Positions 1-10,667 of a stretch of DNA of 64,000 nt are shown piece by piece (positions within the stretch are counted from its first letter, which is position 1; each line of letters begins with the position of its first letter). Location of the stretch: NCBI GenBank assembly GCA_963800775.1, contig CAWDCQ010000019.1, forward strand, positions 400 through 64,399, in the 5' to 3' direction. A model generated the notes under the pieces. That model was given only the letters and a program-made list of their open reading frames with translations, was not told the DNA's origin and did no database searches. The position numbers were made by a program, and so were the translations under genes. This DNA is from an uncultured Methanomassiliicoccales archaeon (lineage in GTDB: Archaea; Thermoplasmatota; Thermoplasmata; Methanomassiliicoccales; UBA472).

Positions 1-1126
1 TGACTGCAGTTTGTGCTAACAGTCTGGCATTTGTCGATGCTCCCGTCTTTATGGCGATCAGTGTTTTAGAAAGTATTACTCCCTCAGCGTGCGCAGTCGT
101 TCCGATGGAAACGGCGCCGGAAGTCTGCCAGAAAATGTTCTTAGGCAGCGCGCCGCCCGTCAGGATCATCTTCGTACCGCTGGCCTGTATAAGATTACCC
201 GCTATCTGGAATATCCAGACATCGCTTGCGCTACCCGAAAGCGTGACACTCGTTGATATCAGAACGCCGGTATCCATTTATAGAGGCCGGGGACAAGGGT
301 TAACCCGCCAATCTGTCCAGCTCCCAAATTTACGAAATTGGGCAGCTCCCCGTCCTGCGGCATTGGTGTATGCGGTTTGCATGTTGGCTACTGCCGTTGT
401 GAGTAAGGTGGGATCTGTGTCTCTGCGGGGAAGAGGACCCGCCGCATTTACGGAGTAAATTATCCCTGTCACCATTTCGGCACAGGTCACGTGGATGGCA
501 GCGCCCGTGATGGGGCTGGCTCCAATATCACCGCTGATCGCAGATGGAGGAACATCCGTGATTCCTGATTTGGTCAAGATCGAGAAAATGCCGGCTTCTC
601 CAAGGGGCACTGGCGTCTGTCCAGTAAACACGACTGGGGTTGTTGTGAAACTCCATACTACAGGGTTGGCCATCGGGACTCCGTTAGCGCTCTTGGCGGC
701 CGCCGTAACCGTGGCTGTATAGCTGGTATTAGGGTTGAGAGTGGAACTAGGGGTAAAGGTTGCCTCTGTATTTGCCCCATTCAGGGCGACCGTGCCGGGC
801 ACATTGTTTCCAGTCGTCTCCTTGACCGTGAACGTAAGCATGTCTCCCGGCGATAACGAGTTGACCGTTGTTGGGTCCATAGGCTCGCTGAAAATTGCCG
901 TTACCGGAGTGCCAATGATGACGTTCTCGCCATTGTTTATGCTGGTGGGTACGTTGGTGGACCAGTTACTCGGGCTTGAAGAAATCACCGAGGGTTCTGT
1001 GACAGAAACTCTATCGCGGGGTTTCGCCGCAGGCCAGGCGCTTCCGATTCCGCCGCCGGCAAGCATTAAGGCTAACAATAACGCCCTGAACACCCGTCGT
1101 TTGGATGAGCTATCGAATTGCGTCAT
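1..1126 (-). CDS. Secreted Ig-like + DUF3494 (ice-binding-like beta-solenoid) protein, bacterial type; C-terminus runs off the window; frameshifted at ~nt 350 and ~nt 268
   Basis: ORF 278..1126 has a signal-like N-terminus (RALLLALMLAGGG), an Ig-like region, then LGEAGIFSILTKSGITDVPPSAISGDIGASPITGAAI, the DUF3494 start signature. Hand translation of the other two minus frames below nt 350 gives NLGAGQIGGLTLVPGLYKW and DTGVLISTSVTLSGSASDVWIFQIAGNLIQASGTKMILTGGALPKNIFWQTSGAVSIG, the rest of the domain. Confidence 0.75.
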
Positions 1127-1499
1127 CGTTTTACTTCCTTCGGTTCCGCGAGTACCTCGCAGCGTTTAAGGCGATGCCTGAGTAGGTCTTCGTCCTCGAA
1201 ACTCACTTGAGCCACACCAGCTTACAAACAGGCCACAATAAGCCTCACGGACAGTTCCTTTGCCTTTGGACGCCTTCGCTGTTTATCTCACAACGAATGA
1301 CAAGCCGTCTGTGATTAATGAACATCTCTGGTCTGTGGAAAAAATTCGCCTGCGAGGCCTTCGCTAGACTTAGGGAGGATTGCCCAGACGAACGCTCTCC
1401 AATAGCGTGACGCCGGAGTTCGAGCGCAGCCCACAAGCGCCAAATTTGTGAAAGCCTTCCGAATTGGTCGCCAGCAAGCCGACGATTCCAAAGAGAGTC

Positions 1500-1990
1500 C
1501 TAGCGAGGTTCCGATTTCCTACACTTCCGCATGCGATGGTGCTGCTTCGGTCTCAACTCTGGTAGGCAGGACCACAACCCTAAACCAATACTCTGCGAGC
1601 ACCTGAACTTATGAAGAAACTGCTCGAAGTCGACAGGTTTAACGATGTACGAACTACAGCGCAGCTTGTACATCGTCAGGATCTCCCTCTTCATTCGCCG
1701 ACGTGGTCAGGACAACGACGGGTATCCCGTTCAGGTCTTTGTCTGCACCATCTCGGCAAACACTTCACGGCCGTCCATTCGGGGCATATTCAGGTCGAGG
1801 AGGACCAGGTCCGGGGTCGGGACATTCCCATACGTCCCTTGCTTGCGAAGGAAAGCCAGGCATTCTTCGCCGTCTTTAACGCGGTGCAGGTTGAAGAGTA
1901 ACTGGCACCTCTTGAAACCCTGACGGGTCAGCTCCACATCGTTTTCGTTGTCTTCTGCCAGCAGGATTTCCGCCGGTCTGGTGTAGGAAG
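1500..1990 (-). CDS. CheY-like response-regulator receiver directly downstream of the kinase; two frameshifts (~1735, ~1695)
   Basis: Three minus-frame pieces join to PAEILLAEDNENDVELTRQGFKR..DLVLLDLNMPRMDGREVFAEM / DKDLNGIPVVVLTTSANEE / ILTMYKLRCSSYIVKPVDFEQF, a complete REC domain. Confidence 0.75.
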
Positions 1991-4540
1991 TTGCTGGACA
2001 TTTGTTTGCGCCGTCCCTTCGGGCAGGGTGAAATGAAATACACTTCCGTGTCCGGTTCCGGACTCTACCCAGATCCTTCCGCCGTGGCGATTGACAACGC
2101 GACGGCAGACGGCCAGTCCAATGCCGGTGCCCGGATATTCGTTTTGACCGTGCAAGCGTTTGAATATTTCAAAGATCCGCTCGTAATACTTGGGCTCGAT
2201 TCCAATCCCGTTGTCGCGGACCGAAAAGGTCCATTCCTTCCCGTGGCGTTCGGCGGAAACGTGGACCTGCGGCGACTGGCCGCCATGGTACTTGAGCCCG
2301 TTGCCAATCAGGTTTTGCATCAATTGAACAAACTGTGACCGGTCGCCCATCACGACCGGCAGTTCACCACAGGTCACCTGGCCCCCGGCGTCGTGAATAG
2401 ACGAATCGAGCTGCGCCAAGACGTCATTGAAGACATCGAGGAAGGGCGTTGGCATGAAGGGACGGGAACGGGAATCGACTCGCGAATAGGCGAGCACACC
2501 GCTGATCAGACTCTGCATCTGTTCGGTGGCTTGAATGGTTCGGCGAATCCAGTCGATGGCTTGTTCGTCTAACTGGCTCGCATATTCCATCTTAAGCAAT
2601 TGCACAAACCCGCTAATGCTGCGCAGCGGAGATTGCAGGTCGTGGGAGGCAACATAGGCGAATTGTTGCAACTCCATATTGCTCCGTTCCAAGACTCGGT
2701 TGGCATTTGCGAGTTCTTTTGTGCGGTCGTCGACGCGCAGTTCAAGTTGCAGGTTGTCCTCCTCGGATTTCTTACGCGCGCTGACGTTGCGGATCGCCGC
2801 AGTCACCAGAATCCTTCTGCGCTTTCCAGCGGGCTGAGCATGATCTCAATTGGAAATTCACTGCCGTCTTTCCGCCGCCCGAAAGTTCAATCCCCATGCC
2901 TATCTGCTGTGCCAACGCTTCGACCGAGCTTCGGGTAGCGTCCGCGACCAGCCGTTCGGCGAAGCCCTCGGGAATAATGTTCTTCACTTTCTGAGCAATC
3001 AACTCGTCGCGCCGGTAGCCGAACTGTTTCTCCGCCTGAACGTTAACTAGCACGATCTCGCCGCGCTGGTTCACCACCACCATCGCATCTGGGGCTGCTT
3101 CCAATAGCCCTCGATACTTGCTCTCCATCAGCACTAGATGCAGTTCCGCAGCCCTGCGCGCGCTGATGTTCCGGATCGCCGCCGTCACCAGTATTCCATC
3201 CGCGCTGTCCAGCGGACTCAGCATGATCTCGATCGGAAATTCACTGCCGTCTTTCCGCCGCCCGGAGAGTTCAATCCCCATGCCGATCTGCTGCGCCACA
3301 GCCTCCGCCGCGCTGCGGGTGGCGTCGGCGATCAGACGTTCGGCAAAGCCCTCAGGAATGATGTTCTTCACCTTCTGCCCCAGGAGCTCGTCGCGGCGGT
3401 ATCCGAACTGCTTCTCCGCCTGAACGTTCAGTAGCACGATCTCCCCACCCTGGTTGACTACCACCATCGCATCCGGAGCGGCTTCCAACAGCCCACGGTA
3501 CCGGCTCTCCATCTGCACCAGATGCTTTTCTGCATCCTTGCGCATGCTGATATCACGGATCGCCGCCGTCACCAGGATTCCTTCTGCGCTTTCCAGCGGA
3601 CTCAGCATGATCTCGATCGGAAACTCGCTATCATCCTTCCGTCGCCCGGAGAGCTCGATCCCGGTGCCGATCTGCTGCGCTAGAGCCTCGGCCACGCTTC
3701 GCGTGGCGTCGGCGATCAGCCGTTCCGCGAAACCCTTGGGAATGATATTTTTCACTTTCTGTCCCACCAGTTCATCGCGAGGGTAGCCAAACTGTTTCTC
3801 CCCCTGCACATTCAGCAGCACAATTCCCCACCCTGGTTCACCACCACCATCGCATCCGGAGCGGCTTCCAACAGCCCGCGATACCGGCTCTCCGAGAGGT
3901 CGCGAGCGGCAACCTCCCGACGGGCCGTCCTACCCGCTTCCAATGTGATCAACACTCCCAGCAGCGTTCCGAGGAACAGAACAATCTTGGTCTGCCTCAG
4001 GTGCCGCTTCCCGTCCCCGATCCGCCGTCCCAGCAAGCGCCGCTCTTCATCCTCCATGTTCCGAATCGACGTCTGGAACTGATCCATAACCAGCTGGCCT
4101 TCTCCAGCTCGAATCGCGTCCGCTGCCGCATCGAAACCATGGACCCGGCGCAGATTGATGACCACCTCTCCAAACTGGGACTTCGCGACCACTAGTCGCT
4201 CGATATCCGGCATTCGGCTCTGCTGCACACGATTGTCCTGCGTGAGACTGCCAACCGTTGCCACGCTTTGCCTGGCACTCAACATGTCGGCGCGCCAAGA
4301 CTCGATATAAGATTCCTTGCCCGTCAGGACGTATCCCCGGTAATTCGATTCGATCCTGTTCATCGTGGAGCTCAGACTTTGCAGGTTCTCCGGAACTTCG
4401 TGGGTATGCCGCAACCAGCGTTCGCTTTCACCGGACTCGACCACGTCACGATAGGAGGTCACACCCAAACCGAGTAAAACTAAAATGGCGGCCCCGAACG
4501 CGAAATACGATCTACGATTTAATTGCCCCTTAGTTTTCAT
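1928..4540 (-). CDS. Sensor histidine kinase: TM + CHASE3-like sensor, 3 tandem PAS modules, HisKA, HATPase_c; frameshifted at ~3825 and twice at ~2815-2875
   Basis: ORFs 3812..4609 (WLRHTHEV..NYRGYVLTG, CHASE3-like), 2772..3821 (PAS units) and 1928..2806 (FAYVASHDLQSPLR; NLIGNGLKY..DNGIGI..GTGIGLA) read as one protein. GGEIV|LLNVQ and GRRKDGSEFPIEIMLSPLESAEG|ILVTAAIRNVSARKK continue across frames. Probable start is MKTKGQ at 4540. Confidence 0.85.
2735..3886 (-). repeat. Three head-to-tail 384-nt (128-aa) near-identical PAS-module repeats inside the kinase gene
   Basis: Each unit starts RYRGLLEAAPDAMVVVNQ(G/R)GEIVL(L/V)NVQ(G/A)EKQFGY. Unit starts on the minus strand are at ~3886, ~3503 and ~3119. 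The period was counted by hand from the ORF translation. Confidence 0.85.
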
Positions 4541-5216
4541 TCCCAACCGCTTTAGCAGGCGCACTGTTGCTGGCCTTGAAGAGCATCGGTGAGCATCGGG
4601 ATCGGGCATCGAACATGCCGGGCAATAAGGTTGAACGCGCCAAATGTGGCCTCCGGGTTCTCCAGCCGCAAGATTGGATTTTGAGACCTAGTTTACCCAG
4701 CAGCTAGCTAAGCTTCCGATCTCGCCCTGTGGTTTACCACCACCATCGCATCCGGAGCTTCTTCCAATAGCCATCGATATTTCGCGTCCGGTTTGCTACG
4801 CTCGGCCAAGTAGCGCTTCGCCTTCATCCTTACGAGATCTTCTTCTAACCTCTACTGTGAAGCACTCCACTTCATGGGTATCGACAAACCGGGTCGTCTG
4901 ACTTCAGTTGTGACTGGAACCGTAACTGAGGCAGAGTTTACCCGCCTGAGTTAGCGAGCGGCCAATGACCCATGGAAGCTCTTGGTGAACCAAGGCGGAA
5001 CGCATCGGCAATGTAGAGAAACAAGTCTGAGAGCAATAGGGGGAGGAACCCACCTGGCGCCTTATGCTGGCAGGAAAAGTACTTTCACGAGATAGGAAAT
5101 CTACGATTACAGAGGAAGGCTCGGTAGCCCACGCCAATGCATCCGAATATGTGACCTCGGGAATCTCAGTTTTAATTTTCCAAATGATCCAGAAGTACCG
5201 ACTACTATTGCCAAGG

Positions 5217-6076
5217 TCAATTGGTTTTCGTAGAAAGAGGAACGTTGGCCATTACTGCGGGAGCTAAAGCCTCGCCTATCCTTTGGGCAGCCAAGAAACT
5301 GCTTATGGCTTGTTTCAGATGCGAATCCACCTGGTCGGCGACAATCATCATATCGGCCAACACAGTAGTGAAATCCACGCTGGCCAAGTTACGCTGGATT
5401 GTCTCGAAGATGCTGACTTGCAGCAGTTGCGCCTCCTGCACGATCAAGGGCGCGGTATAGCCTTGGCGATAGCGATGCTGTCCGTGGGCTACAGCTGCGG
5501 GAATGGGCCCGTCAGTCGCTTGTATGGTGCGAGCACGACGAAGCCGCGCTGAAATGCTACTTATCATATCTGGGAGGTACTTCGTGCGCTCTTTCGCGGA
5601 AAGCGGAATGTCGGCCAATTCTTTTACCTGTTCCACAAGTTCCAGCCACCGCTGCATCAAGATGGCAACGTCGCGATCCAGAATGAAGCGACGCCTTCCT
5701 TCACTGGTTTTGAAAAAGGAAGAGCTGTAAGTCTATTCTTGTCCATGAGCCCAGCCAGTCGCTTGGCGTCGAAGGGCTTCATCAGAACTTCGTCCGCCTG
5801 CAAAATAATGGCGTTCATCGCTTTTTGCACGTCAGGATGGTCGCTTACTACGAGGGTCAGCGCGTCGGGCTGGCTGTGACGCATCGCGGTCACGATTGCA
5901 AAACCATCTCCTGGGGCCGGCATGTGAAGATCGGTGATAAGAACGTCGAAGCTCTGCGTAGCAATCTGTTTCAGTGCATCCGTCACGCTCTTTGCCGAAA
6001 TCACATCACAGTTTTGCGTTTCAAGCGACTTGCGCATCAGAAAAAGATCGTTGTCATTGTCATCGACCAGAAGCAC
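5217..6076 (-). CDS. REC-domain regulator with ~150-aa helical C-terminal domain (RsbRD_N-like from memory); frameshift at ~5665-5700
   Basis: VLLVDDNDND..DVLITDLHMPAPGDG..VLMKPFD, then MQRWLELVEQVKEL..LLQVSIFETIQRNLASVDFTTVL. Colinear with, and visibly similar to, the intact paralogue 6472..7452. The two ORF pieces (5657..6076, 5217..5660) abut. Confidence 0.75.
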
Positions 6077-6471
6077 TTTAGTCGCTTAATAGAAGAAGGC
6101 GAGTGGTTCGGCGAAAAGACGCGGCAACAACGACTCCATGATACGGGATACGGCTGACTGAGTGCTTGCCGTTCATCAGGAAGCGACATGGGTTCTCTCC
6201 TACGCAAAAGTTTAGAATCTCGGAAAACCCAAGGACTGTTCAAGAATGCTCATGTTGATAAGATCTAATACAGGTGGTCCATAGCGGAAAAGCTAGGGAC
6301 GCGGCGCGGCGATAATTTGTCTCGCAGCCAGAGTTCAACACAGCTGACATCGTTCCTACTTCTGTGGCTTTCCGCTTCCTGCACTCGATGTCCTTTAGGT
6401 CATCCGCCGCTTGCTTTTTTGCGTAGTCCTCCTGTTTTCGCTCCTCTAGAGTTTCCCCAAGGAGGTTCACC

Positions 6472-7452
6472 ATGCCGATGCCTCAAAAACCATATCCCGT
6501 GCTCGACGATCCTTATCCTGATCCTGCGCCCGCGACTGTGTCCGCTGAGCCTCAATCCCTTGGTCCTTCGCTGCTCAACGTCGTCCCGCCCCATCTGCTT
6601 ACTCCCGGTGCCCGGCCCAAAGTTCTACTGGTCGATGACAACCAGAATCATCTCTATCACATGCGCAGGTCGCTGGAAAAGCAAAACTTCGAGGTGGTTT
6701 CCGCCAACAGCGTCCTTACCGCGCTGGACCATATCGCGACCCAAAAGTTCGACGTGCTGCTTACCGACCTCCACATGCCGGAGGCGGGCGATGGTTTTGC
6801 CGTAGTCACCGTCATGCGTCACAGCCAGCCCGACGTGCTCACGGTTGTAGCCAGCGATTTTCCGGACGTGCAAAAAGCGATGGACACGATCCTTTTGCAG
6901 GCCGATGAAGTCGTCACCAAGCCTTTCGATGTTCTGCGCATCCCCGGGATGATGGCGAAAAAAATGCGGCCATCCGGTCCTCCCGCCAGGCCCGTGAAAG
7001 AAAACGTCGCCAGTATTCTGGACCGCGACGTCGCCATCCTCATGCAACGCTGGCTTACAAGGGTGGAACAGGTACGCGAACTGGCAGCCCTGGCGCTGGC
7101 CCCGCAAGAGCGCACCGCCAACCTTCCTGAAATCGTTAAAAGCATTCCCGTACGGCTGCGCGACGTCCGCGAGATCGAAGCCATTGACCGCAACTCTCCT
7201 GCGGCCGTGGCGCTTGGAAAATTGCGCTTCTGCCAAGGCTACAGCGCGCCTCTCATCCTGCAGGAGTCCCGCCTCTTGCAGGTCAGCATCTTCGAGACCA
7301 TCCAACGCAATCTGGCAACCGTGGACTTCAGCACCGTGTTGCCCGATGTCATGATCATTGCCGACGAAGTGGACTCCCAGTTCAAGCAAACCATCGCCAG
7401 CTTTCTGACCGTTAGGGGCAGCGCCAGCGCGGCTGGCGCGGTGTTCGCCTGA
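6472..7452 (+). CDS. REC-domain regulator with helical C-terminal domain (paralogue of 5217..6076), Pro-rich N-terminal extension
   Basis: Intact 326-aa ORF: KVLLVDDNQN..DVLLTDLHMPEAGDG..VVTKPFD, then ILMQRWLTRVEQVREL..LLQVSIFETIQRNLATVDFSTVL. Confidence 0.8.
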   Translation: MPMPQKPYPVLDDPYPDPAPATVSAEPQSLGPSLLNVVPPHLLTPGARPKVLLVDDNQNHLYHMRRSLEKQNFEVVSANSVLTALDHIATQKFDVLLTDLHMPEAGDGFAVVTVMRHSQPDVLTVVASDFPDVQKAMDTILLQADEVVTKPFDVLRIPGMMAKKMRPSGPPARPVKENVASILDRDVAILMQRWLTRVEQVRELAALALAPQERTANLPEIVKSIPVRLRDVREIEAIDRNSPAAVALGKLRFCQGYSAPLILQESRLLQVSIFETIQRNLATVDFSTVLPDVMIIADEVDSQFKQTIASFLTVRGSASAAGAVFA

Positions 7453-7689
7453 GACCGGCAACTTGGCGATTACCCTAGCTTGGATTTAGGCGGCGGAGCG
7501 GCTTCAACATCCGGCACGCTCTTGCATGTTCGGAATAGGGCCCGGACCCATCTGCCGAAACGGGAACTGCCGTTCACTTTCCAATCTGCCGTCCGAGAGG
7601 AGCAGTGGTGATTGGTTGTCAAATTGCGAGGACATCGCCCGAGGAGTCTATTCCTTGAGCCGCTCCTAATCCGGAGACTGTAAAACCCG

Positions 7690-8820
7690 ATGCCGTCCCT
7701 TGGTTTGGCCATGATCGTGAAGAACGGCGCGAAGACTTTGCGCAATTGCATTTCGAGCGTTGCGGGGATAACAGATCAGATTGTCATCGCGGATACGGGT
7801 TCTAGCGATGGAACGCCTCAGTTGGCGCGTAACCTGGGGGCGGAGGTATTCGACGTCCCCTGGCAAGACGATTTTGCCAAGGCCCGCAATGCGGCGGTTC
7901 AGGCCCCAACCACCGACTGGGTGCTGGTAATGGACGATGACGAAGAACTGGATCCACAGGCGCGCGATAAGATTCCAACTCTCCTGGATAATGCCAGGGT
8001 TAGTGGCTACTACGTTACGCTGAGGAACTACCTTGCCTTCGGGTTTGGATCCGGCGGACATGATCGTAGCGTGAAGCCGAACGACTCCACCATCTTACGA
8101 GCGGCACGGGCTCGGGCCTATATAGACTTTGCGATTTGCCGGCTGTTTCGACGCCATCCCGAAATATATTACGTCGGGAGAGTGCGTGAACTGGTGGAGC
8201 CACGAATCCATGCGATCGGTCAGGAGCCGGAGCACGCAGGTCTCGTGATCCATCATTTCGGCATTCTGTGCTCCGCTGAAGAGCGCCGGGCGAAGGACGG
8301 GCATTACCGGAAACTGGGCTGGCTCAAGATCAAAGATGCACCCAACGATCCGCAAGCCTGGATCGAGCTAGGCCAGGTGGAATATGAGCAGTTTAAGAAC
8401 TACTCGGTTGGTATCGAGTGTTTCCAGAAAGCCCTGGCTCTTAGCCCTGAGCGCTCCCCCGTCCCTTATCTTTCTCTGGCTAATCTTTACCTCGAGATCC
8501 ACGCCTATGATCGCGCTCTTAAACTTCTCTCCAGCGTCGCAATGTCGGGTCGGGCAGCGGCGGGCGAAAAAGAAAATATCTGCGGGGATGCCTTCTATAA
8601 CCTGGGACGGTTGAAAGAGGCTCGATCCGCCTACCTTCGTGCTCTGGCGTTTCTGGCTGAGGACACACGGGTACTGAGTCAAGTTGGGCTTGACCGAGGT
8701 GCGGGGATGGGATTGAAGAAGAATGGTCTCGCTCGGCTCACTCGCGATGAGGCGAACCCCGACGAATTCGAGGTGCATGATCGCATCATGAAAGCCTACC
8801 TGCTCATGAACCTGACGCAA
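7690..8820 (+). CDS. Family-2 glycosyltransferase fused to TPR-like repeats; 3' end cut off at the assembly/sequence joint
   Basis: GT-A signature LGLAMIVKNGAKTL..IVIADTGSSDGT..VLVMDDDEEL, then TPR-like helices (ANLYLEIHAYDRALKLL, AFYNLGRLKEARSAYLRAL). Sense ends after YLLMNLTQ (~8818). The ORF tail to 9012 is the next gene read out of frame. Confidence 0.75.
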
Positions 8821-9745
8821 GGCGGCCTTGGTCGGCCCCCGCAACAATCGGGTCCAGATATTGGAGAATCTGCCGGCGCGCGGTATCACCGGGACCGGCG
8901 TTGTGGCGGCGGTGGCGGTAGGCCTGGAGACCGGAATCATCAAGCTGCCCCGCATCGACACTCCAGATCATTTATTGCACCTGCTGAACGGCATATCCTT
9001 CGGGGAACATGACCTGAGGGAGGCGGGAAAGGCGATGGGCGCCATCCGGGCCGGGCACAGGACCCTGATAAATGATGTGGGGATCGACGACTCCGAGGTC
9101 AAGACGATGTACCTGGCCGGGGCTTCCGGCACCTACGTCGATCCGATCAAGGCACAGACCGTGGGGCTAGTTCCCAGGGTCCTAAAAAAGACCGTGCAGG
9201 CGGGCAACACATCCCTCATGATGGCCTACGACATCCTGGTGGACGACAACGGTCTGGACCATATGCAGGATGTGGCCAACTCCATCGCCTCCAAGCACAT
9301 CATGTTCGCCACCAGCAAGGTGTTCGAGGACCATTACGTCAACGAGCTGGCCTACTGGGACGAGGGGATGCCGTTCGAGCTCTTCAACCAAATGCTGGTA
9401 TCGGCGGGATACGCGCCCATGCCAGACATCGTCCGCCCCAAGGAAACCCTGCGCATCGTAAGCAGCGATATCCCGGTCATCGGGGACCGGGGCCTAAAGA
9501 CGCTGGAGGATGTCGGCGTATATCTCATCGGGTCCTTCGAAGGCTGCATCGGCTGCAAGAAGTGCGAGATGGAATGTCCGGAAAGGGCCCTCAAGATACT
9601 CCCGATGGGAAATGACCGGTTCAAGGTCCGGATCGCCACCGAGTTCTGCCTCGGCACCGCGTGCAAACACTGCGAGTCGGTGTGCCCGAAGAAAGTTTAC
9701 CAGTTCAGCAAACTAGCAGTAGTAAGAAGAGGAGATGACCAGTAA
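8816..9745 (+). CDS. ramA: RamA-like corrinoid reductive-activase, C-terminal fragment only (ASKHA/DUF4445 part + 2x[4Fe-4S] ferredoxin domain)
   Basis: RGITGTGVVAAVAVGLETGII and MYLAGASGTYVDPIKAQTVGLVP (ASKHA-type), then CIGCKKCEMECP and CLGTACKHCESVCP cluster motifs. The frame opens only at 8816 (TGA at 8813), so the N-terminal half is absent. Confidence 0.65.
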   Translation, partial: RKAALVGPRNNRVQILENLPARGITGTGVVAAVAVGLETGIIKLPRIDTPDHLLHLLNGISFGEHDLREAGKAMGAIRAGHRTLINDVGIDDSEVKTMYLAGASGTYVDPIKAQTVGLVPRVLKKTVQAGNTSLMMAYDILVDDNGLDHMQDVANSIASKHIMFATSKVFEDHYVNELAYWDEGMPFELFNQMLVSAGYAPMPDIVRPKETLRIVSSDIPVIGDRGLKTLEDVGVYLIGSFEGCIGCKKCEMECPERALKILPMGNDRFKVRIATEFCLGTACKHCESVCPKKVYQFSKLAVVRRGDDQ

Positions 9746-10609
9746 GTGCGTATCCTATCAGTCGTTGACAACACGTCGGGCACGTCATTCAACTATTCCA
9801 AACTGGTGAAGCGCCTGGACCGGCCGGACAGACATTTCCTTTCTGAGCACGGGCTTTCCATCCTGGTCGAGACGGACGAAGGCAAACGCGTGCTTGTCGA
9901 CACCGGGGCCAACCCGATGGTATTCTCACACAACCTAAATCTCCTGGGCTTCAAGCCCAGCGACATCGATGCTGTATTCATCTCCCACGGACACTACGAC
10001 CACATGGGCAGCCTGGTCTCGATGATCGATGCCGGGGTGCCGATCTACGGCGACCCGAACATTTTTTCGTCCAGGCGGTTCGCCGTCGCCGTCGACGGGA
10101 CCCAAAGGGACATCAGCGCCCCGAAGGAGCTCATCGAGGCCCTGTCCCGGGCCAAGCTCCACCTGTCCTCCGCGAGCATGGAGATAGTCCCCGGGGTAAA
10201 GACCTCCGGACGTATCGTGCGCGAATCGAAGTTCGAGGTGCAGGACCATTTCCTCAAGGAGGAGGAACCTGGTTGCCAGATCAATGACGAAGTGCTCGAG
10301 GAGCAGGCCCTGTTCGTCCAGACCAAGAAGGGCCTGGTCATCGTTTCCGGCTGCGGTCATCCGGGGATCGTCAATGTGGTCACCCAGGCCAAGAAGCTGT
10401 TCGACAAGCGCATCTACATGGTCATCGGGGGGTTCCATCTAAGTTCGGCGAACAAGGACCGCATCCTAAAGACCATGGACGGACTGAAGGCGCTGGGCGT
10501 GGACCGCATCGCACCGACCCACTGCACGGGCTTCGAGGCCCTGAAGATGATGTCCGACCGGTTCGTCGGTTTCGATATGCTGCCATCGGGCAGCGAGATA
10601 ACCATCTAA
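9746..10609 (+). CDS. MBL-fold metallo-hydrolase (COG1237-type)
   Basis: Intact 287-aa ORF with a GTG start abutting the previous stop. Motifs: EHGLSILVE, VFISHGHYDHMG (HxHxDH), SGCGHPG, PTHCTG. Confidence 0.8.
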   Translation: MRILSVVDNTSGTSFNYSKLVKRLDRPDRHFLSEHGLSILVETDEGKRVLVDTGANPMVFSHNLNLLGFKPSDIDAVFISHGHYDHMGSLVSMIDAGVPIYGDPNIFSSRRFAVAVDGTQRDISAPKELIEALSRAKLHLSSASMEIVPGVKTSGRIVRESKFEVQDHFLKEEEPGCQINDEVLEEQALFVQTKKGLVIVSGCGHPGIVNVVTQAKKLFDKRIYMVIGGFHLSSANKDRILKTMDGLKALGVDRIAPTHCTGFEALKMMSDRFVGFDMLPSGSEITI

Positions 10610-10667
10610 ACCCCTATCATATCGGGAACGAGCCTTTTTGTCCTCGTTCCGACCAATTTATTCCTGC

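Noticed and set aside
8790-8850. The bacterial block 1-8.8 kb as a horizontally transferred island inside an archaeal genome
   Set aside because: Both genes meeting at the joint are cut mid-domain, and there is no integrase, att repeat, IS end or spacer. A mis-join or concatenation explains it more simply.
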